Below, piece by piece: positions 1 through 12,900 of a stretch of DNA of 64,000 nucleotides; the first letter of the stretch is position 1; every line of letters begins with the position of its first letter. The notes beneath the pieces are model-generated. The model saw only the letters and a list, made by a program, of their open reading frames with translations, searched no databases and had not been told where the DNA came from. Where the stretch lies: assembly GCA_964016885.1 (NCBI GenBank), contig OZ024743.1, forward strand, positions 4,154,001 through 4,218,000. The letters are read 5' to 3'. The DNA is from Eledone cirrhosa (Eukaryota). Both the position numbers and the translations under genes were made by a program.

Positions 1-1175
1 ATATTGATTTCAAAAATTAAATTTACGTAAATGATCCTTTATTGCAGGCAAGAGGATAGTTGCGCGTTATTGAAGCTTATTGAATCTCATAAACAGAGAC
101 TGGATTTTCATTCTTAAAATATAGTCACGAAGATTTGAGTGAGCATTAATTTGATTAGAAAAAAAAATATGAGCTACAGGAAATAACGGAAGTGGTCCAA
201 AACGAATTTAGAAAAATAAGTTAAGTGCTGATGAACTAGAAGAAGTATGCACAAATTGTCAATTTAAATTTACATTTTAAATAGAGAAGGAAAAAATTAC
301 TAGTTATTGATTTTCAAAGAAACGAAAAGATAATTTCAACAAATTAAACATTGATTTCACAAAATATATTTACATGAATAAAATTCCGATGTTGTTTTGC
401 AAAGCAAAGTAGAATATACTACGCTATGGTTTTGATGTCTAAAGAGACTTAAACACATCAGTAGTTATTTGTTGTTCTTTTTATGCCTGCAAATGGAATT
501 TATCTCCACTTTTCTTATTCCTTTTCCTTTTTACTATTTACTTATTCCTATTTGCTTATTATTTTTCCCTTGTACTATTTGCTTTGCTTACTCCTTTTAT
601 TATTTTGCTAGTTTCCATCATTAGACTGCATGGATTCAGTCAATCGAATATATCCTATTTTGTCGAGCTACTAAGTTACAGGACATTTGCAGGAAATACA
701 CAGACATGGAAACAGAAACACGGATACCCCCATCCCCAACCCTCTACACACACACATATATGAGTGCATAAAAGCAGTTCAAATGTCCGGCAATCCGAAG
801 GCTGGTTAATCCATGATAATTCGTGTACCGGGTTCAAATGGCAGGTGGGCCGTATAAGCGTGGATCAATAGTTGAACGAATAATATCAGGTAAACACAAG
901 GATGCAAAAATACAAAGTCTTACTATGATCATGTCTGAGAGGAAGTAGAGGCGGGTTCTACGTGGAGGCATGTACATGAAAGTTCGTGGCTGAGGAGTGG
1001 TATAAAGAGAAGAATGGAATGAGTGGTGGCGGGGTGGCAGATGGAACGGAGGAAAAGAAAGGTGTCTTACACACACACATCCATCCCTGCACTTATGCTC
1101 ATTTTAATTTTTAATCATGAAAGTTACAACTGGTCAAAAAGGTTCCGATTGATCAACATGTGCATCGATAAATTA

Positions 1176-1219
1176 TGTTATGCTGATGAAGTCCAATAAC
1201 GCGAAACTTGTCCGTAGCA
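1176..1219 (+). ncRNA. Minimal type I hammerhead ribozyme motif (Penelope pLTR type)
   Basis: TGTTATG-CTGATGA-agtccaataacgc-GAAA-C-tt-GTC-CGTAGCA. Stem I is 7 bp (TGTTATG/CGTAGCA, two G-U), core boxes are intact, stem III is 2 bp and the cleavage triplet is GUC. Stem II is weak. Confidence 0.65.
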
Positions 1220-1679
1220 GTCCTCCTGTCTGAAAACATAGACTAAATGCCCGACTAGATATGGAAATTAATGTTGTGTAATTAATTCTTTCATTTTTAT
1301 ATCAACTCTTCTTTTCTTCGATGACCACAAATATTAGTGCTAGTTACCTTTCTTGTTTTCTCTCTTCAACTAATAACAACTAATTCAGAATTTGTGCATG
1401 CGATATTTAGAACATCGCATAGTAATTTTTTTTAAACTAAATTTAAATATTCTTCCATGTTTTCTCATTATAATTATATCCTTCCATATGACTAAGTTGG
1501 AATGGGAATCTGAATGTAATTATACATATAATTAAACAATGTTTATGTGCAATATTTGATGAGAACTTTAATTGCAGTTAAGTAATATTTTCTAAAATAC
1601 CAGATTTCTAAGTTGAAACATCTTCACGCTTTGGAAATATTGATTTTTTTCCCCTGTAATCTATGTATTCATTAAAGTG

Positions 1680-1900
1680 GTCGCTGAGGTTTACGGTCGA
1701 GCTCGTAGCAGTGGAGACGTCTAGTATCCTTGGCCCAAGGACCACTTCCTTACTTAGCGCCATCGTTGTCTACCCGCAGGTGTGATCATCGCGAGCTGGA
1801 ATGGCTATACCAGCGCGTCTCCCTCAGCACCTTCCGGGGAAGCACCTTCTCTAATCTATCTGCCAGGGTTGTGGAGCGACCAACCCGTGGGCCTCCATTT
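1680..1900 (+). mobile_element. CRE-clade non-LTR retrotransposon, 3' fragment
   Basis: Frameshifted translation VAVETSSILGPRT...CDHRELEWLYQRVSLSTFRGS resembles the CRE C-terminus (AVETLG..GP...FLFQRISIAIQRGN). Similar to 48221-48400. Confidence 0.7.
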
Positions 1901-2412
1901 GCTCATAATAGTAAGAAATGGGGAGAACGGGAGAAACAGAGGCAGTGACAGTGGGAGTTTGGTTCCATTGTTTTCGGACTGTATATGTATATATTTATTT
2001 GCCACACCACATTAACTGTAAATTTGAAAATGTTTTTATTACTACGATACCTATTTATATGAAATGCTAAGGCGAAGGTAACTTATACATGAAATAACAT
2101 TAATCCATTTACATAAAATTATATAGCTAGAATGATCACTACAGAGGTTTGCGTGAAAAAGAAAATCCCCTAAACATATCAACTTCATTAGAAATTATTC
2201 AAGAAACGAATAACATTAAATAAAGATACGAGGTAAATACTGGTTTCAAAGACGTTAAATGTGTAATTGATGTGAGAATTATTTCAAACTTGCTGGAAAA
2301 AGAGAAAATTGGGCAACCATCCGAAATCCGAGAAAACTAATGAACTCTCGTAGATATACAGCAAACTTTACATTCCTTAATCCTGTATGCATGCATGTAT
2401 GTATGTATGTGT

Positions 2413-2584
2413 GTTCTTCTGGTTTTATAATTTCACAAATTATATGTATGTGTGTTCTTCTGGTTTTATAATTTCACAAATTATATGTATGTATGTTATT
2501 CTGGTTTTATAATTTCACAAATTATATGTATGTATGTATGTATGTTCTTCTGGTTTTATAATTTCACAAATTTTTTTTTTTTTT
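2413..2584. repeat. Four tandem copies of GTTCTTCTGGTTTTATAATTTCACAAATT separated by (TATG)n; fifth copy at 3581-3613
   Basis: Direct reading; periods 41, 41 and 49 bp. Confidence 0.9.
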
Positions 2585-3574
2585 CCCCAAAAAGAGAGAG
2601 TCGGTTTCTATCATAGACGCAAGACTCGCTCATTAGAATTTACACATCAACTAGGTAGATTATGTATGCATGCATGTGTAGATATGGATGTTATTGTATG
2701 TGTGGATGTGTATGTTTTGAGTTGTATGTGTGCATGAGTATATGCAGTTAATAGATGCAAAATTTTTGGAATGTTTTACATATTTTTAACGTTCCATTAA
2801 TGGATTGTACTTGTAATTTCCTAACTAGTTGTGTTATTTCTGTTCCTGTGAAGCCTAGCTTCTCAAGATTTGTATTGAGGCAGTTACTAACATACCCCAG
2901 TGCCCCAATAATCACAGGCATATATCTGAATGTGTAATTAGGGTGGAGTATCTGCAGATTTCACATCAGTTCTGCATAAATGTTCTCCTTTTCGCTAATC
3001 TTTGATATTATATTGGCATCTGCTGGGCAGCCAATTTCCACTACTGTGCATGCTTTCTTCTCCCTGTCCCATATCATAATATCTGGTCTGTTATGCCTGC
3101 ATTTTATTGGGGTTTTTACTGGAACATTCCACCAGTACTCTTTCATATTATGTACGTGGATGTATTCCACATTGCTGTAGCTTTTAATGTGTTTATTATC
3201 GGGGCTATCATTTTTACGAACTGCATTGTACAGTATTTTGGCCACTACATCATAGGTAGATAGTACCGCGATGACATCTTTGGACAGCTGCTGATGACAT
3301 GGGTGATATCCTCGATGTTAGTTCTGCAGTGTCTGCACTTGTTATCACATCTAGGTGTTTTGCCTGCATCCCTATCTCTTTTGTGAATAAGGTATTTCGT
3401 GTTAATCTCCTGTTCTTGGATTGCAAAAGCGTATCCTTCAACGTGGGAGCCAATATAGCGGTTGTTGGTCCAAGATAGACTACTTTCCTTATCTATATTA
3501 CTCTCACTCTGGAGCTTCCTGGCAACATATCCATGCATGATTTTTTGCTGATAAGCATGCAGTTTTTCATCCAT
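2570..3574 (-). mobile_element. R4/Dong-like non-LTR retrotransposon (REL endonuclease), 5'-truncated pseudogene
   Basis: CCHC knuckle CRHCRTNIEDITHVISSC; REL motifs RHNRPDIMIWD...VVEIGCP...EKENIY and PVIIGALG. One frameshift (~3245), one internal stop (2961), ORF end at 2748. Confidence 0.9.
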
Positions 3575-3612
3575 ATGTATGGTCTTCTGGTTTTATAATT
3601 TCACAAATTTTT

Positions 3613-3710
3613 TATGTATGTATGTATGTATGTATGTATGTATGTATGTATGTATGTATGTATGTATGTATGTATGTATGTATGTATGTATGTATGTATG
3701 AATGTATGTG
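3613..3710. repeat. (TATG)n microsatellite
   Basis: Direct reading; another run at 3999-4100. Confidence 0.95.
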
Positions 3711-3722
3711 TCTTAAGACATC

Positions 3723-3998
3723 ACTCTGATATAAAACCTGCGAGGTCGTTTGCATCCAATGATATAAGCCACTTCTTTTTAGGCAAATGCATTTGAAGTT
3801 CAGAGATTGGCCCCGTGCAAATTCTTCTCACACTTAAAAAATCTCCAAGCACAGGCATCGCTTAATATCTAAAAATGTTTGCGAAGCATGGTATTGCTGG
3901 CCATAGGCAAGTCCCTAGCAGGACTAAAAAGCCACGTCCCTGATGTTCATGCGTAAGTATCAAGCGACGGCATTGAGGGAAATCGTGTTGCAGCCATC
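3723..3998 (+). mobile_element. Diverged bipartite RTE-derived non-autonomous element with (ATGT)n tail
   Basis: Shares ACTCTGATATAA.ACCTGC, KSLAGLKSH-coding sequence and the GCAGCCAYC-(ATGT)n end with 22261-22787. Confidence 0.6.
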
Positions 3999-4197
3999 AT
4001 GTATGTATGTATGTATGTATGTATGTATGTATGTATGTATGTATGTATGTATGTATGTATGTATGTATGCATGCATGCATGCATGCATGTATGTATGTAT
4101 GTTTGCATGTGTGCATGTAAGTATGTATATATTATGTGTGTATATATGTATGTATCTAAGAATACATTGATCCAATGCGTTATTTCTATTTTAAGAC

Positions 4198-4277
4198 AGT
4201 ATAGGTGTCAGATGAGGGAGATATGACTGCTATTTCATGTATAGGTGTCAGATGAGGGAGATATGACTGCTATTTCA
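4198..4277. repeat. Two-copy ~40-bp tandem duplication
   Basis: GTATAGGTGTCAGATGAGGGAGATATGACTGCTATTTCA x2. Confidence 0.9.
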
Positions 4278-6719
4278 AATAACTCTAGCAATGACTTGTA
4301 TGCTTTCTCTTTGTCTCATTTTAACTACCATAATGTATAAATTTCCCATCAATCAAAAACTAACTTTGTTCTTAGTTAACATAATATTACAAGAGAGTGC
4401 TTTAGTATTTTGGTTTAACCCCCTAGTGAACCCAAAAGTTGCATATGTTCCATTCCCGTTTCTAATGGAATTCCATAGCATTTACGTCACTAATTCCGTT
4501 GAGAATGACCTTCGGGTTACGACTTGATTTTATATTTTCCTTGTCAAAGCTCCTTCCGATCTTGTCAACTGAAATTAGTAATTATTGAATACGGACTATG
4601 GTGTTTAGCTGTGTAAATAAAGTATAGAATATATCTGTCAGGACTTTCTACAAAGCTGCAAAAAAAGGAAATGGATGTCATGATTTTAATTTGTGATAAA
4701 ATCAAAAACGTTTGTATTGCTAGCATTGAATATTCCAAAGAGAATAGCCAATTGTTAAACGGATAAGGCACATCAACTTTTTATTGAAATCTTGGAATAA
4801 TTTTATTTATATTATTTTAATGAAAGCTGCATGTCACAAACGGGAAAATGACAGTAATAATAGTTTTTCCTGAAAACAATACATCACCTGTAATTCAGCT
4901 GAGGAAAGAATAGCAAACGTATGAATAGAAATAGAAACGACAGAACAATGGACAAGATATAATAACATATGAAAGAAACGTTTAATTTCATTTATCCATG
5001 AACAATTTTAGATTGTTGAACATATTTTCGCAAGAGGACAGAAATGTGCATGGTTTAATAAAACTAGGCTTGGATGATATTACAAGATAATTTAATTTTT
5101 CATTAATTCTTTTGCTCAGTTGCAACGTATTTACTTAGCGATTCCAGTATCTTATCTCGGAAAGCTAAGTTGTGCATGCGCTCATGTGTATTTCTTTAAA
5201 GTTATACTCTCTTTCTCGGCGAAAACGATACTAGACATAAACAAATATTTTTCTTTTACGCTTACCTGTAGCTACGTTGGATCTTTTAAGTATATGTTAA
5301 CGGTTAACTATAATAATTAAAACATATAATAAAGAAAATGACTAATAAAACATCACTCTTAATCAGAACATATGTTTGCACCAGTAGAGATACTATATTT
5401 TCAACAGTGAGAAAATTATAGTGATAGTAAATATTTTCAACCAAGGGAACAGCATAAAACATTAGTTTATCTTTGTGATTATATATTCTATAATTATAAT
5501 TTTTCTACGAGAAGGAGCTAATATAAAAGAACGCTTAATATTTAATGGATATATACCAAATAAATGGAAACAGTTCTTTGCGAAAATCAGTTTTGAAGAT
5601 TATTCGATTCCTGTTTCTCAGCAAAAATTATTTCTATGTCGACGGAAACATAAGCATAACTTAGGCGAATGCAGGTGAAGACTGGAAAGGTTTTACTTAT
5701 ATTGTTATGTTCGTAGGAATTTATACCTTCAGAAATAATCTAGGGAAATTTGCAATAACCTTTTAGCACTCGATGAAGCAAATAAGAGATATATCTTGAT
5801 TTTAAGCTTACAAGAATAAAGTAACTCTTATCCGATATAGAATATACCTTATCCTCGAACACCAAGATAATAAATTATATATTTCCCTGCTATCAACAAA
5901 TGAATCTTAATAAACGCTTCATTTATAGAGTGCGTTCTCTGCTCAAACTTGTACATGGAAACTGTCAACGTCATCCACCGCCCAGTCGATATTTCAATTG
6001 TCAAACCAATGACATGCAATACTGCCAGCTATGTCACTTCAGAATTCCTACAATTTATAAAAGGAACCGAGTGCGTGCAATCAAAAAATACTGATCTATA
6101 GATATTTCCGAATAGAAGTGAAAAGAATGGTTATGTATGTCAGGAATAATGGATATTGGTGTCGAAGAATGCATACGGCAAATTCATGAATCATGCTTCC
6201 TACAACAGATTTTATTTCTCATACACAAAAATAATAAATTTAGAGATATTCGTATTATATACATCTAATGTTTTGAAAAGGGCATATAGGAATGTACATG
6301 CAAATACTATAAATATCAACTATGTATAACAGTGGATATTCCAACACCTTTATTCTTGGTCTCTGATTCTAACATAATGAGTATTTAATACTAGGCTGAA
6401 TGCCAATGTTTGTTGATGTGTAGCCCGTCAAGTGGAACTACCACAGTACATTTTTGGCACTCAAGATAGTGAAATCGAATAGGGCAAGAATTGAACTAAA
6501 AAAAGTAACGTATCGAACTCATTTACAAAGTATTTAGTCTGCCATTATGTCAATACTTCGTACGCATTAAAGAAAGATATATGGGAATAAATGTATAGAG
6601 AATGAAATTAACTTTATATGGCATATAACGTTTCTATAATGCGTTAATATACTATTTTGAGATCAAGTTGTAACAACCAGTATGTATGCTTCGGAATTGC
6701 TCTCCATAGTAGAATCAAA

Positions 6720-7940
6720 CGACAAGTTCTATAAGAATTTCTCAACACTCATCAGCCATGCTCCTAGAAAGTAACAACTCATTTTGGTGGGAGAGTTCAA
6801 TGCCAGACCTGGTGCTGTCCATACCTCATGACTTTCCAGTCTTTGGAAATTTGGTGTGAACAAAATGAATGAAAACTGACAGCGAATGCTTGAACTATGT
6901 ACTAACCAGCACAACTACTCTCTAGGAGACATACAAACTCATGGGACTGGCATCAATTATATCCCTTTCTAGTCATACAGCTACGCTCCTCATCTATGAT
7001 AAGGCAATCGACATATAAACAGGCAGGAACTCGAGTCACTGATGGTGGGCTTCTCCCACACCTGTAAGAACTTCGTGCTGTCTGCCCGAAGAAAATATGC
7101 GCCCAGGGACAGGATACAGAAGCATTACCAACCATCATTATCGACGACTATAAAGCATATATCAACGATCAGTGTCTATGCATCTTCTCTACCATCATCG
7201 ACAACTTCTGTTTGGACACGGAGATATAATAGAAGGTTGGAAAGGCAGTTTCATATCTTTCAAGTTTCGAGTATGAACGAATCCTTGGATGAGGGAAAAG
7301 AAACGAAGGCTACCTACTGTATAGCAGTAAGACATGGAACACATATGCCAAACATGAGAAGCATCTGCCAGTTCCTGAATATATCCTGGCAAGAAAAGGT
7401 GACATACTCAATGACTTTTCCCCTCGCCAGATTCCCAGCGAATACATTTTTTTCAGGCATTGAAGTCTGCACCGACCGAGCAACAATATCTGTTTAGAGG
7501 ACGGTCAGAAAAGATATTTTATCTGGAGATCAGGCTTCATCCTGGAGGAAATGCTTCGAACGTTACAAGGTATACTTCAGGGGTCTCTGCATAAAACACA
7601 CGAAAGACAAAAATGATTCAGTATTCAGGCAGGAATCATTAGGTATTAATACCGAACCCTGTGAGAGATTTATGGCTGACCTAATGATGTGAAGCTGCAT
7701 CCTGACTTGCTTTCTAACGATTGGAAAATAGAACTGTTCGACGTTACAGTGGATAGGTAGCATGCAGAAAGGAGCATAGCACTACCAACAAACCAAGGAT
7801 ATATATTGATATGATTGCTGCAAAAAATACTGTAATTCAGCATCAGTCGTTTCAGTCACAAGAGGTGTTGCGCCCAATATCTAAGAAAAGGTAAAGCAAA
7901 TAAACAAGGATGCGACCCATATTGAGTCATAACAGACGAC
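6720..7940 (+). mobile_element. Decayed RTE-clade LINE, RT and C-terminal region
   Basis: Fragments such as FLNISWQEKVT and a degenerate C-terminal zinc-finger-like region; many stops and frameshifts. Confidence 0.6.
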
Positions 7941-7974
7941 CTTTAATTTGATTACAATATTATGGTGAGTGACT

Positions 7975-8790
7975 TTCATTTCTCCATGCTTGCTAAAATA
8001 CACACGAGTAATACAATTATATTTATTTTATCAAGTGTATGTTATCAACGACAAATAAAGCTGTTCAATTCTTCTTCTGTAGAAGATAGACCTGTAACTT
8101 GTCAAAATAAATCAATATATTACTTCGCCTGACATCGGAATGATAAATTCACCATTCATCAGCATGACATTTCGAGAAATCAGAGATTGGTTTCGGTAAT
8201 ATGAATCATTTCGGTAATATGAATCATAAACCAATGGGATAACCTGGTCAGTTGCATAGCTGATATAAAACAAATAAATGAATACATGAATGCATTAATA
8301 CGAAGAGTATGATTAAGTAAAGATTAATGTAATAAAGCTATATAACAGTTTCTTATATTATATGTATATATGTATATATTATATAATAAATGTGAATTGG
8401 CGGTAAAATGTGAAGGGCGGTGAATTGGCAGTATCGGTAGAGGGTTGGACGCCATGTTTTCTAGCATAGTTACGTCCCTTTACAGTCTGAGTTCAAATCC
8501 CGCCGAGGTTAACTTTGCCTTTCATCCTTACGGGGTCGATAAAATAAAGTACCAGTAATGTACTGGGTAATTGCTGGCCTTGTGCCTAAAGTAGAAACAA
8601 TTATATAATAAATGTTTCTACTTTAGGCACAAGGCCAGCAATTACCCAGTGTGTATGTATGTATCTCCACATGGCGTGACATCAATCATGTTTTTTGAAG
8701 CTTGTCTCACCATATTAACTAAATGGAATTTATTGATAATTTGGTTATAAAGAGCTGGTCATTTCCAATATTCAGTAGGATTCAATGCGG
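7975..8790 (+). repeat. Unclassified dispersed repeat, interrupted by a SINE; inverted homolog at ~29740-30195
   Basis: For example GTCAAAATAAATCAATATATTACTTCGC at ~8101 is reverse-complemented at ~30094-30121, and similarity continues on both sides. Confidence 0.75.
8394..8599 (+). mobile_element. tRNA-derived SINE (octopus-type family S1) with 16-bp TSD
   Basis: A-box-like TGGCAGTATCGG, B box GAGTTCAAATCC, body GCCTTTCATCCTTACGGGGTCGATAAAATAAAGTACCAG. TSD ATTATATAATAAATGT at 8378-8393 and 8600-8615. Confidence 0.9.
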
Positions 8791-9643
8791 TGATTAAGAA
8801 TATTGGGAGCTAAATAAGGTATTTTATTAACTTCAATTAATCTAATTTCCAGGTGCCACATAATTTCACGAGCATTCTGAAGCTAATTAGTAACTACAGT
8901 TCTAGCCAACAATGGCAAACACTGCACTACCTTTGATGATGAATGACACTTTAAAACTGTTCTGAGTCCTTTCCTTGCATGTAAGTCCAAAGACTGTTAG
9001 CTGAACAATGTTTCCTAATATTAGGAATTAGCCGTAATGTCACTATGTTTATTAATCTAATACCAGCTTTGCAACTTCTATTCCATCCTTCACATAACCG
9101 ACAACGATAGCTTCATTTTACGACATTAAAAAGATTCTTATCTTCTGTGTTTGTCAATCTTTCTTTGATTTTTAAGCTTGTTAATTTTGTTGTTGTTTAC
9201 TGAATGGAATTTCATCCACTTGACTTATTTCCTCTACAGACGATTAAAATAGAACTAGTATAACTAATTCTCCGTAAAACGATTTGTGATATTCTTCATG
9301 GAGTTTTCCACTTTCAAGATAATACTTTTTCGAATTTTATTACTTACTATAATAATTTTATTACGATAAGATTTCACCATTCGCTTCAACAACAGTACAT
9401 TCCATAAATATTTAAGTCATTAAGTGTTACTTCCCTTGGTAGTAATGAAGATTAAAACTCAAGTTATATCCCTTGGCTACGCTGCCAACGGCTATAACTT
9501 GACCGAAAGACTTTATACACACATCTGCATATACATAAACTATGCTCAAACACACGTATACTATATATATATAGTTAATAAATTTAATTAATAAATGAAA
9601 CGAAACAAAACACAGGAAGCAAAATTGCGCAGTTATATTAGGT

Positions 9644-9775
<132 letters not shown>

Positions 9776-9966
9776 TACCATCTTAAACTTTGTTTACAGT
9801 AACCACACAGCTCGCTTCGTTTCTTGTAATTATATATGTGTGTATATATAAAACAAGTTTTTGTTTTATCTTTGCAAAAATAACGAGGGACAACAATAAC
9901 CCATTCGTCTCACTATGCTGTTAATGTATGAATATGTGAATATAACCGTATATGTGCGAGTCATTT

Positions 9967-12900
9967 GTGTGTCTCTCTGCATGTATGTATGTCTCTCTGC
10001 ATGTATGTATGTCTCTCTGCATGTATGTATGTCTCTCTGCATGTATGTATGTCTCTCTCTGCATGTATGTATGTGTCTCTCTGCATGTATGTATGTCTCT
10101 CTCTGCATGTATGTATGTCTCTCTGCATGTATGTATGTCTCTCTCTGCATGTATGTATGTCTCTCTGCATGTATGTATGTCTCTCTGCATGTATGTATGT
10201 CTCTCTGCATGTATGTATGTCTCTCTCTGCATGTATGTATGTGTCTCTCTGCATGTATGTATGTCTCTCTCTGCATGTATGTATGTCTCTCTGCATGTAT
10301 GTATGTCTCTCTCTGCATGTATGTATGTCTCTCTGCATGTATGTATGTCTCTCTGCATGTATGTATGTCTCTCTGCATGTATGTATGTCTCTCTGCATGT
10401 ATGTATGTCTCTCTGCATGTATGTATGTCTCTCTGCATGTATGTGTCACTCTGCATGTATGTATGTCTCTCTGCATGTATGTATGTCTCTCTGCATGTAT
10501 GTATGTCTCTCTGCATGTATGTATGTGTCTCTCTGCATGTATGTATATGTCTCTCTGCATCTATGTATGTCTCTCTGCATGTATGTATGTGTCTCTCTGC
10601 ATGTATGTATGTGTCTCTCTGCATGTATGTATTTCTCTCTGCATGTATGTGTCTCTCTGCATGTATGTATGTCTCTCTGCATGTATGTGTCTCTCTGCAT
10701 GTATGTATGTCTCTCTGCATGTATGTATGTCTCTCTGCATGTATGTATGTCTCTCTGCATGTATGTATGTCTCTCTGCATGTATGTATGTGTCTCTGCAT
10801 GTATGTATATGTCTCTCTGCATGTATGTATGTCTCTCTGCATGTATGTATGTGTCTCTGCATGTATGTATATGTCTCTCTGCATGTATGTATGTCTCTCT
10901 GCATGTATGTGTCTCTCTGCATGTATGTATGTCTCTCTGCATGTATGTATGTCTCTCTGCATGTATGTATGTCTCTCTGCATGTATGTATGTGTCTCTGC
11001 ATGTATGTATATGTCTCTCTGCATGTATGTATGTCTCTCTGCATGTATGTGTCTCTCTGCATGTATGTATGTCTCTCTGCATGTATGTATGTCTCTCTGC
11101 ATGTATGTATGTCTCTCTGCATGTATGTATGTGTCTCTGCATGTATGTATATGTCTCTCTGCATGTATGTATGTCTCTCTGCATGTATGTATGTGTCTCT
11201 GCATGTATGTATATGTCTCTCTGCATGTATGTATGTCTCTCTGCATGTATGTGTCTCTCTGCATGTATGTATGTCTCTCTGCATGTATGTATGTCTCTCT
11301 GCATGTATGTATGTCTCTCTGCATGTATGTATATGTCTCTCTGCATGTATGTATGTCTCTCTGCATGTATGTATGTCTCTCTGCATGTATGTATGTCTCT
11401 CTCTGCATGTATGTATGTCTCTCTGCATGTATGTATGTCTCTCTGCATGTATGTATGTCTCTCTGCATGTATGTATGTCTCTCTGCATGTATGTATGTCT
11501 CTCTGTATGTATGTGTCTCTCTGCATGTATGTATGTGTCTCTCTGCATGTATGTATGTCTCTCTGCATGTATGTATGTCTCTCTGCATGTATGTATGTCT
11601 CTCTGCATGTATGTATGTGTCTCTCTGCATGTATGTATGTGTCTCTCTGCATGTATGTATGTCTCTCTGCATGTATGTATGTCTCTCTGCATGTATGTAT
11701 GTCTCTCTGCATGTATGTATGTCTCTCTGCATGTATGTATGTCTCTCTGCATGTATGTATGTCTCTCTCTGCATGTATGTATGTCTCTCTGCATGTATGT
11801 ATGTCTCTCTGCATGTATGTATGTCTCTCTGCATGTATGTATGTCTCTCTGCATGTATGTATGTCTCTCTGCATGTATGTATGTCTCTCTCTGCATGTAT
11901 GTATGTCTCTCTGCATGTATGTATGTCTCTCTGCATGTATGTATGTCTCTCTGCATGTATGTATGTGTCTCTCTGCATGTATGTATGTGTCTCTCTGCAT
12001 GTATGTATGTCTCTCTCTGCATGTATGTATGTCTCTCTGCATGTATGTATGTCTCTCTGCATGTATGTATGTCTCTCTGTATGTATGTGTCTCTCTGCAT
12101 GTATGTATGTGTCTCTCTGCATGTATGTATGTCTCTCTGCATGTATGTATGTCTCTCTGCATGTATGTATGTGTCTCTCTGCATGTATGTATGTCTCTCT
12201 GCATGTATGTATGTCTCTCTGCATGTATGTATGTGTCTCTGCATGTATGTATATGTCTCTCTGCATGTATGTATGTCTCTCTGCATGTATGTGTCTCTCT
12301 GCATGTATGTATGTCTCTCTGCATGTATGTATGTCTCTCTGCATGTATGTATGTCTCTCTGCATGTATGTATATGTCTCTCTGCATGTATGTATGTCTCT
12401 CTGCATGTATGTATGTCTCTCTGCATGTATGTATGTCTCTCTCTGCATGTATGTATGTCTCTCTGCATGTATGTATGTCTCTCTGCATGTATGTATGTCT
12501 CTCTCTGCATGTATGTATGTCTCTCTGCATGTATGTGTGTCTCTCTGCATGTATGTATGTCTCTCTGCATGTATGTATGTCTCTCTGCATGTATGTATGT
12601 CTCTCTGCATGTATGTATGTCTCTCTGCATGTATGTATGTCTCTCTGCATGTATGTATGTATCTCTCTGCATGTATGTATATGTCTCTCTGCATGTATGT
12701 ATGTCTCTCTGCATGTATGTATGTATCTCTCTGCATGTATGTATGTGTCTCTCTGTATGTATGTGTCTCTCTGCATGTATGTATGTCTCTCTGCATGTAT
12801 GTATGTCTCTCTGCATGTATGTATGTGTCTCTCTGCATGTATGTATGTGTCTCTCTGCATGTATGTATGTCTCTCTGCATGTATGTATGTCTCTCTGCAT

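Noticed and set aside
2413-2584. CRISPR-like repeat-spacer array
   Set aside because: Spacers are short TATG microsatellite, the context is eukaryotic and there are no cas genes.
8562-8650. 38-bp-arm hairpin as a fold-back or MITE
   Set aside because: The 16-bp TSD shows a plus-strand SINE inserted tail-to-tail into a truncated minus-strand SINE.
8780-9400. Very decayed CR1/L2-like RT traces (also ~49900-50560)
   Set aside because: Only faint motif resemblance; cannot be assigned without a search.
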